A stretch of DNA of 64,000 nt from Acidobacteriota bacterium (GCA_041178345.1 JBEGVQ010000167.1:8986-72985), one strand, 5' to 3'; positions 34,119-43,886 are shown, counted from the first letter of the stretch. Notes: generated by a model from the letters alone, not told the origin. A program made the numbers and translations.

Positions 34119-35095
34119 CGGTTGCCAACTCCTGCGACCCGGACCTTGGTTCGCTGATCGGCCCCGCGAATATCTGCATGCCTCGCCATGGGCCATTCGC
34201 GCGCGCGCCGCGGCATCAGCCGTCGCACGGTGCGGAGCAGCGTGGTCCAGCGCGCCAGAGCGCGCTCGTCGTGGTCGCGCCAGTCGAACCGGTACGCCTG
34301 CCGCAGCGACGGCGTCAGCGTTCCGATCGTGAGCAACTGCATGGCCCGGAATGCCGGCCACGCCAGGTGCCAGCGCGGCGGATACAACACCGCTCGTGCG
34401 AGAGCGCGGCTGGTGTCGGTGACCACGAGGCTCCCGCCGGCCAGGATGTCTTCCAGACAGGTGTCGAGGTGCGCCGCACTGCGGGGGAGCGATCCGGCCG
34501 GCATCCCCAGCAGCGGTTCCATGATCGCCGCTTCCTGGCAGTAGCGGTCCCGCTCTGTCGCCGTCAGTGGGCCGACGAGGCGCTCGTAGGCGAGGAGCAT
34601 CGATTCGACCAGGGTCGCGTGCACCCAGCGCTGCAGAGCGGGATCGTGAGCGGAGTAGGCCAGCGGGCCTGCCCCCCGTGGCTTTAGCGGAGGTGGGGCG
34701 TGGCCCCGTACCCGATCGTGAATCACGTTGATGCCGGCGGCCGCCGCGATCACCCGCTCGGGGTCGCCGAACGTGATCGCGAGCATGGCGCCAGCGGTCG
34801 AGCGCAGGCGCCGGAGACTGGCGGCAAGGCTCCCGCGGAACGCGCTGTGACCGTGCACGCCGGCGGCGACTGCGGGGTGCGCCAGCTGCAGCAGGATGGC
34901 GCGTCCCCAGCCGGCCAGGACGACGGCCTCGCGGTTGATCTGCCAGGTGATGCTGCCGGGTCCGGCCGGGACCAGCGCCGATCGCAGCAGCCGTGCGCGG
35001 ACCGCGGCACGATGGCGGTGCCCCGCGTCGCCGGGCCTCGCCACGGGCATGCCGTGGGGCGCGTCGCTCAGCGTCGTGGGGCGGGCGGGGAGCAC
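34115..35095 (-). CDS. MpaB/DUF2236-family oxygenase-like protein
   Basis: 326 aa. ITWQINREAVVLAGWGRAILLQLAHPAVAAGV is the DUF2236 hallmark. Confidence 0.8.
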   Translation of the reverse strand: MLPARPTTLSDAPHGMPVARPGDAGHRHRAAVRARLLRSALVPAGPGSITWQINREAVVLAGWGRAILLQLAHPAVAAGVHGHSAFRGSLAASLRRLRSTAGAMLAITFGDPERVIAAAAGINVIHDRVRGHAPPPLKPRGAGPLAYSAHDPALQRWVHATLVESMLLAYERLVGPLTATERDRYCQEAAIMEPLLGMPAGSLPRSAAHLDTCLEDILAGGSLVVTDTSRALARAVLYPPRWHLAWPAFRAMQLLTIGTLTPSLRQAYRFDWRDHDERALARWTTLLRTVRRLMPRRAREWPMARHADIRGADQRTKVRVAGVGNR

Positions 35096-35099
35096 GGAG

Positions 35100-35130
35100 T
35101 AACTTTAAGACACAAAGTTATTTACGTCAA
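35100..35130 (-). promoter_or_regulatory. promoter with overlapping 7-bp inverted repeat upstream of the mpaB-like gene
   Basis: On the minus strand: TTGACG (35130-35125), 17-nt spacer, TAAAGT (35107-35102). TAACTTT-N7-AAAGTTA (35100-35120) covers the -10 box. The GTG start at 35095 is only 6 nt from the -10 box. Confidence 0.4.
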
Positions 35131-35287
35131 TGCCGTTCAGGCCTCATCCCGCCTCGAAGCCAAGCGCGGCGCCGGCGCCACAGCTGGGCGACCACGGACC
35201 CGATTCACGTAACCGAAGGACCCTCGCAGAACGACCGCCCCACGTCACCGACACCCGCCGGCGCGGCGATCGCGCGCCAGCGCCGCG

Positions 35288-35437
35288 CTACGGGTGCGAC
35301 TGGTTGTACTCAGCGAGCCACTGCCGGCTCATGGTGCCCATGTCGCTGGTATTCGATTCCATCCAGTAGTGCCCGGTCAGCAGCAGGATGGCGACGGCGC
35401 CGACGCCGATGGCCAGGTAAATCATCGTGCTGTCCAT
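35288..35437 (-). CDS. 49-aa single-TM micro-protein (pair 2, member B)
   Basis: Hand translation: MDSTMIYLAIGVGAVAILLLTGHYWMESNTSDMGTMSRQWLAEYNQSHP*. Same length as 29797..29946, with shared MD start, IGVG and an EY.Q..P end. Confidence 0.45.
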   Translation of the reverse strand: MDSTMIYLAIGVGAVAILLLTGHYWMESNTSDMGTMSRQWLAEYNQSHP

Positions 35438-35443
35438 GGCGAT

Positions 35444-35620
35444 TCACAGTCCCGGGAAGACCATCCGCCCAAGGCGGAGGGCGAGGGCGAACGCGAGCGC
35501 GATCGGCAGGCCAATAACCAGCACGCCCAGGGCGACGCCCCAGACTGCCGCAAACGCGCCGAGCGAATCGGTAATTATGGTGCCCCACGACGCGAGACGA
35601 CGATCAGTGCTGTTGCTCAC
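35444..35620 (-). CDS. 58-aa two-TM micro-protein (pair 2, member A)
   Basis: GTG start preceded by GAGGGG. VSNSTDRRLASWGTIITDSLGAFAAVWGVALGVLVIGLPIALAFALALRLGRMVFPGL. The longer 144-aa ORF-track version has an Arg/Pro-rich, non-protein-like N-terminus. Confidence 0.4.
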   Translation of the reverse strand: MSNSTDRRLASWGTIITDSLGAFAAVWGVALGVLVIGLPIALAFALALRLGRMVFPGL

Positions 35621-35728
35621 AAGCCCCTCGATGACGTGCCTTGGTGAGGGCTGGAAGGCCAGAACGGCCACAGTGCTCAGGAAAGCGGAACTACGGTCCC
35701 CAGTATACCTTGGGAGTAAGCTGAAGCG

Positions 35729-36166
35729 ATGAAGTCCCTGCTGATTGCGACCGCGGTCGTGGTGGCCGGCGGCCTGACCTGGGCACAGGAAAAGCCGGTG
35801 CCGAAGGATTCCTCGCGGCTCACCGTCGCGGGCTGCGCCTACGATCGCTTGTTCCTTGTCGACATCAGCCCCGAGCACGAACGGTCGGGCACCCCACTCA
35901 AGCCCGGCCGGCGGCTGCGGCTGTCGGGCCCGAAGAAGTTGCTCGAGGAGATCAAGGCTCGCCAGGGCAGCGTCGTGGAATTGACGGGACTCATGCGAAA
36001 GTCGGATCTGATTGAGCAGGGCGTCGGCCTGGCGGGCGGCACGGTGCGCATCATGCCAGGGCGCTCGCCGATCGGCGCCACCGGCGGACCCAACGCCAAC
36101 GTGACGCAGGCCGTGATCGACGTGGAGTCATGGCGGCTCTTGAACGCGCCGTGCCCGGACCGGTGA
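35729..36166 (+). CDS. secreted hypothetical protein
   Basis: 145 aa with signal peptide MKSLLIATAVVVAGGLTWAQ. No family recognised. Confidence 0.55.
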   Translation: MKSLLIATAVVVAGGLTWAQEKPVPKDSSRLTVAGCAYDRLFLVDISPEHERSGTPLKPGRRLRLSGPKKLLEEIKARQGSVVELTGLMRKSDLIEQGVGLAGGTVRIMPGRSPIGATGGPNANVTQAVIDVESWRLLNAPCPDR

Positions 36167-36182
36167 CCCGGTCATCGCTTGG

Positions 36183-36530
36183 ATGACCGCCGTCATTTTC
36201 AAGATCGTGCCGGCGTCCCTGTGGCGCGAAGCGGTGGAGCAGGGCGCCTTCACCGGCTCGCCGGTCGATCAGCAGGATGGATTCATTCACTTCTCCACGG
36301 CAGCCCAGGTACGCCAGACCGCGGCGAAACATTTCGCCGGCATCCCTGATCTCCTGTTGGTGGCGGTGTCGACCGATGGTCTCGACCTGCAGTGGGAGCC
36401 CTCGCGTGGCGGCGCCCTGTTCCCGCACCTCTATGGGCCGCTGCCGCTGACAGCCGCGCGCTGGGTCAAGCCGTTGCCCCTCGACGCCGACGGCGCGCAC
36501 GTGTTTCCCGAACTCGATCCGGCACCCTAG
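36183..36530 (+). CDS. DUF952 family protein
   Basis: IFKIVPASLWREA...DGFIHFSTAAQV...LFPHLYGPL matches the DUF952 pattern. Confidence 0.85.
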   Translation: MTAVIFKIVPASLWREAVEQGAFTGSPVDQQDGFIHFSTAAQVRQTAAKHFAGIPDLLLVAVSTDGLDLQWEPSRGGALFPHLYGPLPLTAARWVKPLPLDADGAHVFPELDPAP

Positions 36531-36551
36531 GCACCTGAGGCACCCTGGCTC

Positions 36552-36800
<249 letters not shown>

Positions 36801-36851
36801 CAGTCGAGAGCTTGATCCTGCCCCGCATCGGGACTGCCGTCAAGGCCAGGA

Positions 36852-39221
36852 ATGACCGCGATCAATCGGCTACCATGGCCGGGCGTGCCGAATCGCGCCC
36901 AGTTCCGCGGCGTCCTGTTGTTCCTGCTCGGCGCGGTCGCCGTGCTGGCCCCGCTGTTCTCGTCGGCGTGGGGCCTGGCGGTCGTCGGCCTTGCCATCCT
37001 GCTGTCCGGGATCATCGAGCTGGTCGATGCGTGGGTGTCCGGGGGGCGGCATGTCCACTACAGCAGCGGCGCCTTCTCGGTGTTGGCCGGCGTGCTCATT
37101 TCGTTCCAGAACGCGCTGGTGTTCTCCGGCCTGCTGATCCTGGTGAGCCTCGTCTTGCTCGCCGACGGCGGGGTGAACATCGTCCGCGCCGTCCGCGGCA
37201 CGACGCCGGGCAGCCGGTTGTGGGATTTCCTCAATGGCAGCGCCAACGTCGGCATCGCGGTGCTGGTGTGGCTGCTGCGCGACACGCTGGGGCCGCTGGG
37301 CTTCGGCATGGTTCTCGGCGTGCGCATGGCGGCGTCGGGTTGGCACGCGATGTTCGCGCCGGCGCCGATCGACGCCGACGAGTTCGCGCGCATCGAGGAC
37401 GAGCATCCGAATCGCGCGCTCGGGCTCGGGCCGCATCCGCTGATCGGGTTCATCCATCGGGAAGCGATCGCTGACGCCCGCGCGCAGACGCCGTCAGATC
37501 TCTACTGGAGCGTGATCTTCGTGATCGTGTTCTTCGCTATCCACGTAGGCCGGCTCGAGGCGGAATGGACGCTGCTCGGCATGGTGTCGCCGGCGGTGGC
37601 GACGGCCGGCGACGTAGTGGTGTCGCTGCTGCTGGCAATCGTGGTGATCTTTCCGTTCGACCTGGCGCTGCAGCGGGTGACCCGCCCGATGGAGCGGCTG
37701 GTGTGGTTGCGGATGCTGCACGATCGAGCCCCCGAACAATCGCAGCGGTGGAGCGAACGGGCGTTGCGGTTCTGGGCCGAGCGGCGCCTGCGCCGCAACG
37801 TGGCGCGCGATCGCGAGAACAACACGCTGCACGGCGCCGTGCGCCAGGCCATTCGTGCCGGCCTGCCGCTGACGGCGGTGCTGATCGCGGTGAACCCGAT
37901 CTGGGGGTTCTCGTGGTATTTCAACAGTGAGAACTGGGCCTCGGCGGTGTGGCAGAAAGTCGCGGAGTCGCGCACCGACGTGTGGCGCCACGCGATGATT
38001 GGCGCGGCGCTCGACCGCGAGGGCACGGCCGACCCGGGCCAGCCGGGCCTGTTCGCGGTGCGGCCGCCCGGCGTGCCGGCCGAGGGCGACTTCTCGTTCA
38101 TCGTGATTGGCGACCCGGGCGAGGGCGACCCCTCGCAGCATTCGTTACGTGATCGCCTGCTGGTCACCGCCGGTCAGGACGCGGTCAAGTTCGTGGTGAT
38201 TGCGTCCGACGTGGTCTACCCGGAAGGCGCGATGCGCGACTACGAGGCCAACTTCTACCTGCCGTTCAAGGGGATCGGCAAGCCGATCTACGCCATCCCC
38301 GGCAACCACGACTGGTTCAACGCGCTCGACGGCTTTGCCGCGAACCTGATGGCGCCCGACCGGGCCCGCGCGGCGATGCGGGCCCGGGTGGATGCCGACC
38401 TGCGCCTGTCGAGCACGACCGACCAACGCATCGAGCGGTTGATTGCCGAGGCCGCGCGATTGCGGTCGCTGTACGGCGTCTCGGCCGCGCACCAGCAGGC
38501 GCCGTTCTTCGAAATGCAGAGTGGCGGCTTCGCGCTGATTGCCGCCGACACCGGTGCGCTCCGCCGTCTCGACGATCGGCAGTTGGCCTGGCTGCGGGCC
38601 GCACTCGAGCGCAGCCGCGGCCATTTCACGATGGTCATTCTCGGCCATCCGTTCTATGCCGGCGGCGCCTACGCCGGCGGCGGCGACCCGGCGTTTGCGG
38701 CGTTGCACGACCTGCTGCGCGAGCACCGCGTGGCCGTCGTGATGGCCGGCGACACCCACGACTTCGAGTACTACCGTGAGCCGGGCGAAGAGGGGGCCCG
38801 TCACTTCGTGAACGGCGGCGGCGGCGCGTACTTGAGCATCGGCACCGCGCTCGACTGGCCGGAGCAGCCGCCGGTGCGTGACTACGCGTTCTACCCGCCC
38901 ACCGCTGCCGTGGCGGCCAAGCTGGCGAACGAGACGCCATGGTGGAAGTGGCCGGCGTGGTGGTGGGTGCGCCGCTTTGGCGCGTGGCCGTTCTCGGCCG
39001 AGGCGCTGTCGGCGGTCTTTGACTTCAACCGCGCGCCGTTCTACCAGAGCTTCATGGAAGTGCGGGTGGAGCGGTCCGCGCAGCAGGTGACGCTCGCCTT
39101 GCATGGGGTCGACGGTCCGCTCCGCTGGCGCGACATCCAGGTCGGCGGCGCCACCCGTCCGGCGGACAGCACGGATGGTGACCCGGTCGAATTCGTCGTC
39201 GCGTGGCCGGTCCCGCGCTAG
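36852..39221 (+). CDS. membrane-anchored metallophosphoesterase (HdeD/DUF308-like N-terminal TM bundle plus calcineurin-like domain)
   Basis: 789 aa with several N-terminal TM segments. Phosphoesterase motifs FIVIGDPGEGD, ASDVVYPEG, IPGNHDW and GHPFY. Confidence 0.8.
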   Translation: MTAINRLPWPGVPNRAQFRGVLLFLLGAVAVLAPLFSSAWGLAVVGLAILLSGIIELVDAWVSGGRHVHYSSGAFSVLAGVLISFQNALVFSGLLILVSLVLLADGGVNIVRAVRGTTPGSRLWDFLNGSANVGIAVLVWLLRDTLGPLGFGMVLGVRMAASGWHAMFAPAPIDADEFARIEDEHPNRALGLGPHPLIGFIHREAIADARAQTPSDLYWSVIFVIVFFAIHVGRLEAEWTLLGMVSPAVATAGDVVVSLLLAIVVIFPFDLALQRVTRPMERLVWLRMLHDRAPEQSQRWSERALRFWAERRLRRNVARDRENNTLHGAVRQAIRAGLPLTAVLIAVNPIWGFSWYFNSENWASAVWQKVAESRTDVWRHAMIGAALDREGTADPGQPGLFAVRPPGVPAEGDFSFIVIGDPGEGDPSQHSLRDRLLVTAGQDAVKFVVIASDVVYPEGAMRDYEANFYLPFKGIGKPIYAIPGNHDWFNALDGFAANLMAPDRARAAMRARVDADLRLSSTTDQRIERLIAEAARLRSLYGVSAAHQQAPFFEMQSGGFALIAADTGALRRLDDRQLAWLRAALERSRGHFTMVILGHPFYAGGAYAGGGDPAFAALHDLLREHRVAVVMAGDTHDFEYYREPGEEGARHFVNGGGGAYLSIGTALDWPEQPPVRDYAFYPPTAAVAAKLANETPWWKWPAWWWVRRFGAWPFSAEALSAVFDFNRAPFYQSFMEVRVERSAQQVTLALHGVDGPLRWRDIQVGGATRPADSTDGDPVEFVVAWPVPR

Positions 39222-39468
39222 CTCATGAGTTCCCGCAGCCCCGGCGGACGTTTTTGGCGCTGAAACCTGTCATTTATGCGGCTGGGGCGGGTGAAGTGCG
39301 CTTCCGTAATTTTTCGTATCGCGCCTGACCCTAACGGTGGTAACCTACCCACTCGTTCTCTGCACGTATGCCTGCCAGCGTCTATCCAGCGCCGACGGCC
39401 TCAGGGCAGCGCTGGGGAATCTCCCAAACCTGCCAAATTTACTCGATGGATTACGGACGGACTCTCAC

Positions 39469-39675
39469 ATGGCTCCAATGAACGGTACGATCAAGCGGCT
39501 CGTCAGCGACAAGGGTTTCGGTTTCATCCTTGCCAGCGACGGCAACGAATACTTCTTCCACAACAGCGCCTGCACCAACACTCGTTTCGACGAACTGCGT
39601 GAAGGCCAGAACGTGACGTTCGAAAAGGGCCAGGGTCCCAAGGGTCCCCGTGGCGAGAACGTTCAGGTCGTCTAA
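39469..39675 (+). CDS. cold-shock protein (CspA family) with long 5' leader
   Basis: MAPMNGTIKRLVSDKGFGFILASDGNEYFFHNS. About 245 nt of non-coding DNA lies upstream. Confidence 0.9.
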   Translation: MAPMNGTIKRLVSDKGFGFILASDGNEYFFHNSACTNTRFDELREGQNVTFEKGQGPKGPRGENVQVV

Positions 39676-39942
39676 GATCGACCTGGCTAGCCGGTCGGGC
39701 ATTGGCCTGACCACGGTCAGGCATCAGGCCTGACCAGCGTGCACTACCTACCAATCTCGAGCGGCCGGTTATCTAGCGATGTTCCGGCTGCTCTCGTTGG
39801 GCCTCAGTGTGACGGGCTCAGGGTTTCGGCCCTGAGCAGCCACTCCCCCCAGGGCCTCTCGCAATCCCCACCCGTCTAGTCCTATCGTACCCCCGTCATG
39901 GGATCGACCCGCCACGCGTGGGTTGTGGGTGATAATCACCCG

Positions 39943-40440
39943 ATGATTTACGAACTGACGGTCAACGGCACGGCGACCCAGGTCGATGTGGCTGCGGACA
40001 CCCCGCTTTTGTGGGTGCTTCGCGACGTCCTGAATTTCAAGGGCACGAAGTTCGGCTGCGGGGCCGGCCTGTGCGGCGCCTGCACCGTGCTGATCGACGG
40101 CAAGGCCGCCCGTTCGTGCCAGACACGGGTGTCGGCCGTCAGGGCGGCGATTACCACCATCGAGGGGCTGTCGCCGGACGGTTCCCATCCGCTCCAGCAG
40201 GCGTGGATGGAACTGGATGTGCCACAGTGCGGCTATTGCCAGGCCGGCCAGATCCTGGCTGCCGCTGCCTTGTTGGCCCAGACGCCAAAACCCACTGATG
40301 CCGATATCGATCGGGCGATGAACGGCAACCTGTGCCGCTGCGGGACGTACCCGCGGATTCGGCAGGCGATTCACCGGGCGGCCGGAACCGTCACCTCCAC
40401 TGCAGCTGATGCCGCGGGCGACGCGGACGGGAGGTCGTAA
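39943..40440 (+). CDS. (2Fe-2S)-binding small subunit of a molybdopterin aldehyde/isoquinoline oxidoreductase
   Basis: MIYELTVNG...[12 protein letters not shown]...CGYCQAGQ...NLCRCGTY carries two 2Fe-2S Cys motifs. Confidence 0.9.
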   Translation: MIYELTVNGTATQVDVAADTPLLWVLRDVLNFKGTKFGCGAGLCGACTVLIDGKAARSCQTRVSAVRAAITTIEGLSPDGSHPLQQAWMELDVPQCGYCQAGQILAAAALLAQTPKPTDADIDRAMNGNLCRCGTYPRIRQAIHRAAGTVTSTAADAAGDADGRS

Positions 40441-42662
40441 TGGCACCCACCATTGCCCGGCGCTCGTTCCTGAAGGTGGCCTCGCTGGCCGGTGGCGGCC
40501 TGATGGTCGGCCTTTATCTCGATGTCCCCGAGACGGTTGCGCAGACGCTGGGACGCGACCCCGGCCTGCTGCCGAATGCCTTCGTTCGCATCGCCGCCGA
40601 TGGCACCGTCACCATCATCGCCAAGAACCCCGAAACCGGCCAGGGCGTGAAGACGATGCTGCCGATGCTGGTGGCCGAGGAGCTCGACGCCGACTGGCCC
40701 AAGGTCAAGATCGAGCAGGCCGACTTCGACGACACGAAGTACGCCGCGCAGTTTGCCGGCGGCAGCATGGCGACGCCCATGAACTGGGATGGTATGCGCC
40801 GGGTCGGCGCCGCGTCGCGGTACCTGCTGGTCGCCGCGGCCGCCGAACTGTGGTCGGTACCTGCCGGACAGATCACCACGGTGGCTGGTCGCGCCCATCA
40901 TCGCGCGTCGAATCGGTCGGCCGGCTACGGCGAGCTGGCCGCGAAAGCCGCCACGCTGCCGGCGCCCGACCTGACGACGCTGGTCCTGAAAGATGCGAAG
41001 GACTTCACCATCATCGGCCGTTCGCAACGCGGCTATGACGTGAAGGACATCGTGACGGGGAAACCGGCCTATGGCATCGATTTCACCGTGCCCGGCATGC
41101 TGTTCGCCGTGTTCCACAAGTGCCCCGTCTTCAACGGCAAGCCGGTCAGCGCCAATCTCGACGAGATCAAGAAGCAGCCCGGCGTGCGGCACGCCTTCCT
41201 GGTGGAGGGACGCGTGAAGGAGGGCCAGGTGCTGGGCTTCGAGGTGGATCTCGAGCCTGGCGTCGCCATCGTGGCCGACACCTGGTGGCAGGCGCAGAGC
41301 GCCCGCCGGCTGCTGCAGGTGACGTGGGATGAGGGAGCCGGCTCCCAACAGAGCAGCGCGGCCTTTGCACGGCGGGCCCAGCAACTGTCGGCGCAGAAGG
41401 GGTTCAAGACCATTCGCGAGGACGGCGACGCCGAGGCATCGCTGAAGACCGCGGCCAGGACGGTGACCGCCGCCTACTCGTACCCGTTCATTGCGCACGC
41501 GCCGCTCGAACCGCAGAATTGTGTGGCCGACTGCCGCGGCGGGAAGGCGGAGATCTGGTCGAACACGCAGATTCCGGCGGGAGGCCGGCTCCTCGTGTCG
41601 CAGACGCTCGGCATCCCCGAGAGCGCGATCACCATTCACATGCAGCGCGCCGGCGGTGGGTTCGGGCGCCGCCTGACCAACGACTACATGGTCGAAGCCG
41701 CGTGGATTTCAAAGACCGTTGGTGCGCCCGTCAAGCTGCTGTGGACGCGTGAAGACGACATGCAGCACGACTTCTATCGCTCGGGCGGGTTCCAGTTCCT
41801 GAAGGCCGGCCTCGATGCGTCAGGGCGCATCGTCGCGTGGCACAACCACTATGTCGGCTATGGCAAGGACGACCAGTTCGTGTCGGCGGGTGACATCAGT
41901 CCCGACGAGTTCCCGGCGCGGCTGATTCCAAACCTGACCCTCGAGTTCAGCCTGATGCCGCTGTGGATGAAGACCGGCGCCTTGCGCGCGCCCGGCTCGA
42001 ACGTCTACGCCTTCGTGTTCCAGTCGTTCCTCGACGAGCTGGCGCACGCCGCGGGCCAGGATCCGGTCGCGTTCCGGCTGCAGCTGCTCGAGCAGCCGCA
42101 GCTGGCGGCGGTGGACAAGGGGCCGTTTTCCAGTCCGTTCGATCCGGCGCGGATGAAGGCCGTGCTGCAACTGGTGGCGGAGCGGTCCGGCTGGCGAAAG
42201 ACGGCGCTGCCCAAGGGCCGCGCGCTTGGCGTCGCCTGCCACTTCAGCCACATGGGATATTTCGCCGAGGTCGCCGACGTCGGCGTCAGTGGCGACAATC
42301 GCGTCAAGGTGCACAAGGTGTGGGTAGTGGCCGACGTCGGCAGCCAGATCATCAACCCGGCTGCCGCCGAGAACATGGTGCAGGGGGCGGTGATCGACGG
42401 CCTCAGCGAATTGATGGCGCAGGAGATCACCCTCGAGCGAGGGGCCGTGGTTCAGAGCAATTACCACCAGCACCCGATGCTGCGCATGTCGCAGGCGCCG
42501 GTCATCGACGTGCACTTCCTCAAGACCGGCAATCCGCCGACCGGGCTGGGCGAGCCGGCGTTGCCGCCGGTCTTGCCGGCGGTGGCGAATGCGATCTTCA
42601 CGGCGACGGGCAAGCGAGTACGCGACCTGCCGCTGGCCAAGAGCGGCTACCGCTGGGCGTGA
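40440..42662 (+). CDS. molybdopterin-binding large subunit (IorB-like), Tat-exported
   Basis: 740 aa. The ATG overlaps the upstream TAA (TAATG). RRSFLKVASLAGGGL is a Tat motif. Blocks typical of aldehyde oxidase/xanthine dehydrogenase Mo-binding domains are present. Confidence 0.88.
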   Translation: MAPTIARRSFLKVASLAGGGLMVGLYLDVPETVAQTLGRDPGLLPNAFVRIAADGTVTIIAKNPETGQGVKTMLPMLVAEELDADWPKVKIEQADFDDTKYAAQFAGGSMATPMNWDGMRRVGAASRYLLVAAAAELWSVPAGQITTVAGRAHHRASNRSAGYGELAAKAATLPAPDLTTLVLKDAKDFTIIGRSQRGYDVKDIVTGKPAYGIDFTVPGMLFAVFHKCPVFNGKPVSANLDEIKKQPGVRHAFLVEGRVKEGQVLGFEVDLEPGVAIVADTWWQAQSARRLLQVTWDEGAGSQQSSAAFARRAQQLSAQKGFKTIREDGDAEASLKTAARTVTAAYSYPFIAHAPLEPQNCVADCRGGKAEIWSNTQIPAGGRLLVSQTLGIPESAITIHMQRAGGGFGRRLTNDYMVEAAWISKTVGAPVKLLWTREDDMQHDFYRSGGFQFLKAGLDASGRIVAWHNHYVGYGKDDQFVSAGDISPDEFPARLIPNLTLEFSLMPLWMKTGALRAPGSNVYAFVFQSFLDELAHAAGQDPVAFRLQLLEQPQLAAVDKGPFSSPFDPARMKAVLQLVAERSGWRKTALPKGRALGVACHFSHMGYFAEVADVGVSGDNRVKVHKVWVVADVGSQIINPAAAENMVQGAVIDGLSELMAQEITLERGAVVQSNYHQHPMLRMSQAPVIDVHFLKTGNPPTGLGEPALPPVLPAVANAIFTATGKRVRDLPLAKSGYRWA

Positions 42663-42679
42663 GGATGAATTGAGATAAC

Positions 42680-42703
42680 GGGACGGCACCGAAGTGCCGT
42701 CCC
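42680..42703. terminator. bidirectional hairpin between iorB-like and osmC
   Basis: GGGACGGCAC, cgaa loop, GTGCCGTCCC: a 10-bp perfect stem. Confidence 0.6.
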
Positions 42704-42710
42704 GGCGGAA

Positions 42711-43139
42711 CTACTTCTTGAGCGTGGCCGTCACGGTGACCGTCGGCACGGCCGCCATGGCGCGCTTGATGATGCAGCCGGTGTTGGTCTTCTCGACGTG
42801 CTGCTGGAAGGTGGCGTCATCGACGTTCGGCACCACTGCGGTGACCGTGAGCTCGACGAGGTTGACCAGGAAGCCCGTGTCGTCCTTGCCCAGGTGGACG
42901 TCCGCGCTGCTGTGCACGCTGGTGGCGGTGAAGCCCGCCGTGGCGAGCGAGTTGGCGAGGGCCATCGAATAGCAGCCGGCCAGCGCTGCGCCGATCAGTT
43001 CCTCGGGGTTGGCGCCGCTCCCGTTTTCAAATCGCGTGGCGAACGAGTAGTTGCCTTCGTACGCGCCGCTGCCGAGCTTGACGCGGCCGCTGCCGCCCTT
43101 GAGGTCGCCCTTCCATTCCGCTTCTGCCTGACGTGCCAT
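42711..43139 (-). CDS. osmC: OsmC-family peroxiredoxin
   Basis: AEWKGDLKGGSGRV...NPEELIGAALAGCYSMAL is a classical OsmC pattern with both Cys. Confidence 0.9.
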   Translation of the reverse strand: MARQAEAEWKGDLKGGSGRVKLGSGAYEGNYSFATRFENGSGANPEELIGAALAGCYSMALANSLATAGFTATSVHSSADVHLGKDDTGFLVNLVELTVTAVVPNVDDATFQQHVEKTNTGCIIKRAMAAVPTVTVTATLKK

Positions 43140-43184
43140 GAGTCCTCCTCGAAAGTGTTGCGAGAAAGATAAGGGTACGCCGTC

Positions 43185-43547
43185 TTAGGGTTTCTTGTCG
43201 ACGTCCTTGATGAAGAAGACGACTTCGCCCGGCTTGATGAAGCCGAGCTGGCGGCGGGCCTGGTCTTCGATCGCCGCGGGTTCCTCGCGCAGTCGCCGCG
43301 CCTGTTCCCGCAGATCCGCATTCTCCGTGCGCGCGCGTTCGAGCGAACGTTCGAGGGCGGCGTACTCGCGGCGCGCCTGCAGCAGAGCCAGCAAGCCCTT
43401 TTCGCCGGCCACCGCGTCAACGACGATGACGAAGGTGAAGAAGAGCAGGCCGTGACGGAATAGCCGCCGGCCGCGATGCGCAAGGGGCGCCTTGGGGGCC
43501 AGGGGGGCTGGCGACGGCGACGGTGCGGTCGATTCGGGCTCGGTCAT
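43185..43547 (-). CDS. ftsB: septum formation initiator FtsB/DivIC-like protein
   Basis: One TM, then the coiled coil LLALLQARREYAALERSLERARTENADLREQARRL, then QLGFIKPGEVVF. Confidence 0.8.
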   Translation of the reverse strand: MTEPESTAPSPSPAPLAPKAPLAHRGRRLFRHGLLFFTFVIVVDAVAGEKGLLALLQARREYAALERSLERARTENADLREQARRLREEPAAIEDQARRQLGFIKPGEVVFFIKDVDKKP

Positions 43548-43708
43548 CGGCTTGTCGGACTGTTGCTAACAATCGGTTCCGGCGGCCCGTCGCGCAGGTA
43601 ATCCTCGAGCGCGCGAATCAGCACCGTGCGAAGGTCGGCCCGTTCATCCATGGCCCGAATCTTCGCGGCCCGCCAAAGCTCCCCCGGGAGTTCGACGGTC
43701 GTTTTCAC
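43544..43708 (-). CDS. small ribbon-helix-helix (CopG-like) protein
   Basis: VKTTVELPGELWRAAKIRAMDERADLRTVLIRALEDYL has a beta-strand-helix-helix pattern. Its stop overlaps the ftsB start by 4 nt. The start is uncertain (GTG 43708 versus ATG 43831). Confidence 0.4.
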   Translation of the reverse strand: MKTTVELPGELWRAAKIRAMDERADLRTVLIRALEDYLRDGPPEPIVSNSPTSR

Positions 43709-43886
43709 CGTGTCGCTGTCAGTCCGTCGTGCCGCCACTACGGGGGGCAGTGTATCTATCCTTACGGCACAACGGCAAGACGTAAAAGCGGTGCGACTGC
43801 TGCACACTTTTACAGCAATACAGCGAACCATGCAAGCAGAAATATGCTTTTACGGTTTTACGGGTCTAGGGATTAGAATCTGGCCC

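Noticed and set aside
39676-39942. Moco riboswitch or other leader RNA upstream of the Mo-oxidoreductase genes
   Set aside because: I saw only generic hairpins (GCCTGACC..GGTCAGGC and GCTCAGGG..CCCTGAGC). I could not recognise the conserved Moco-motif core by eye. A covariance-model scan would be needed.
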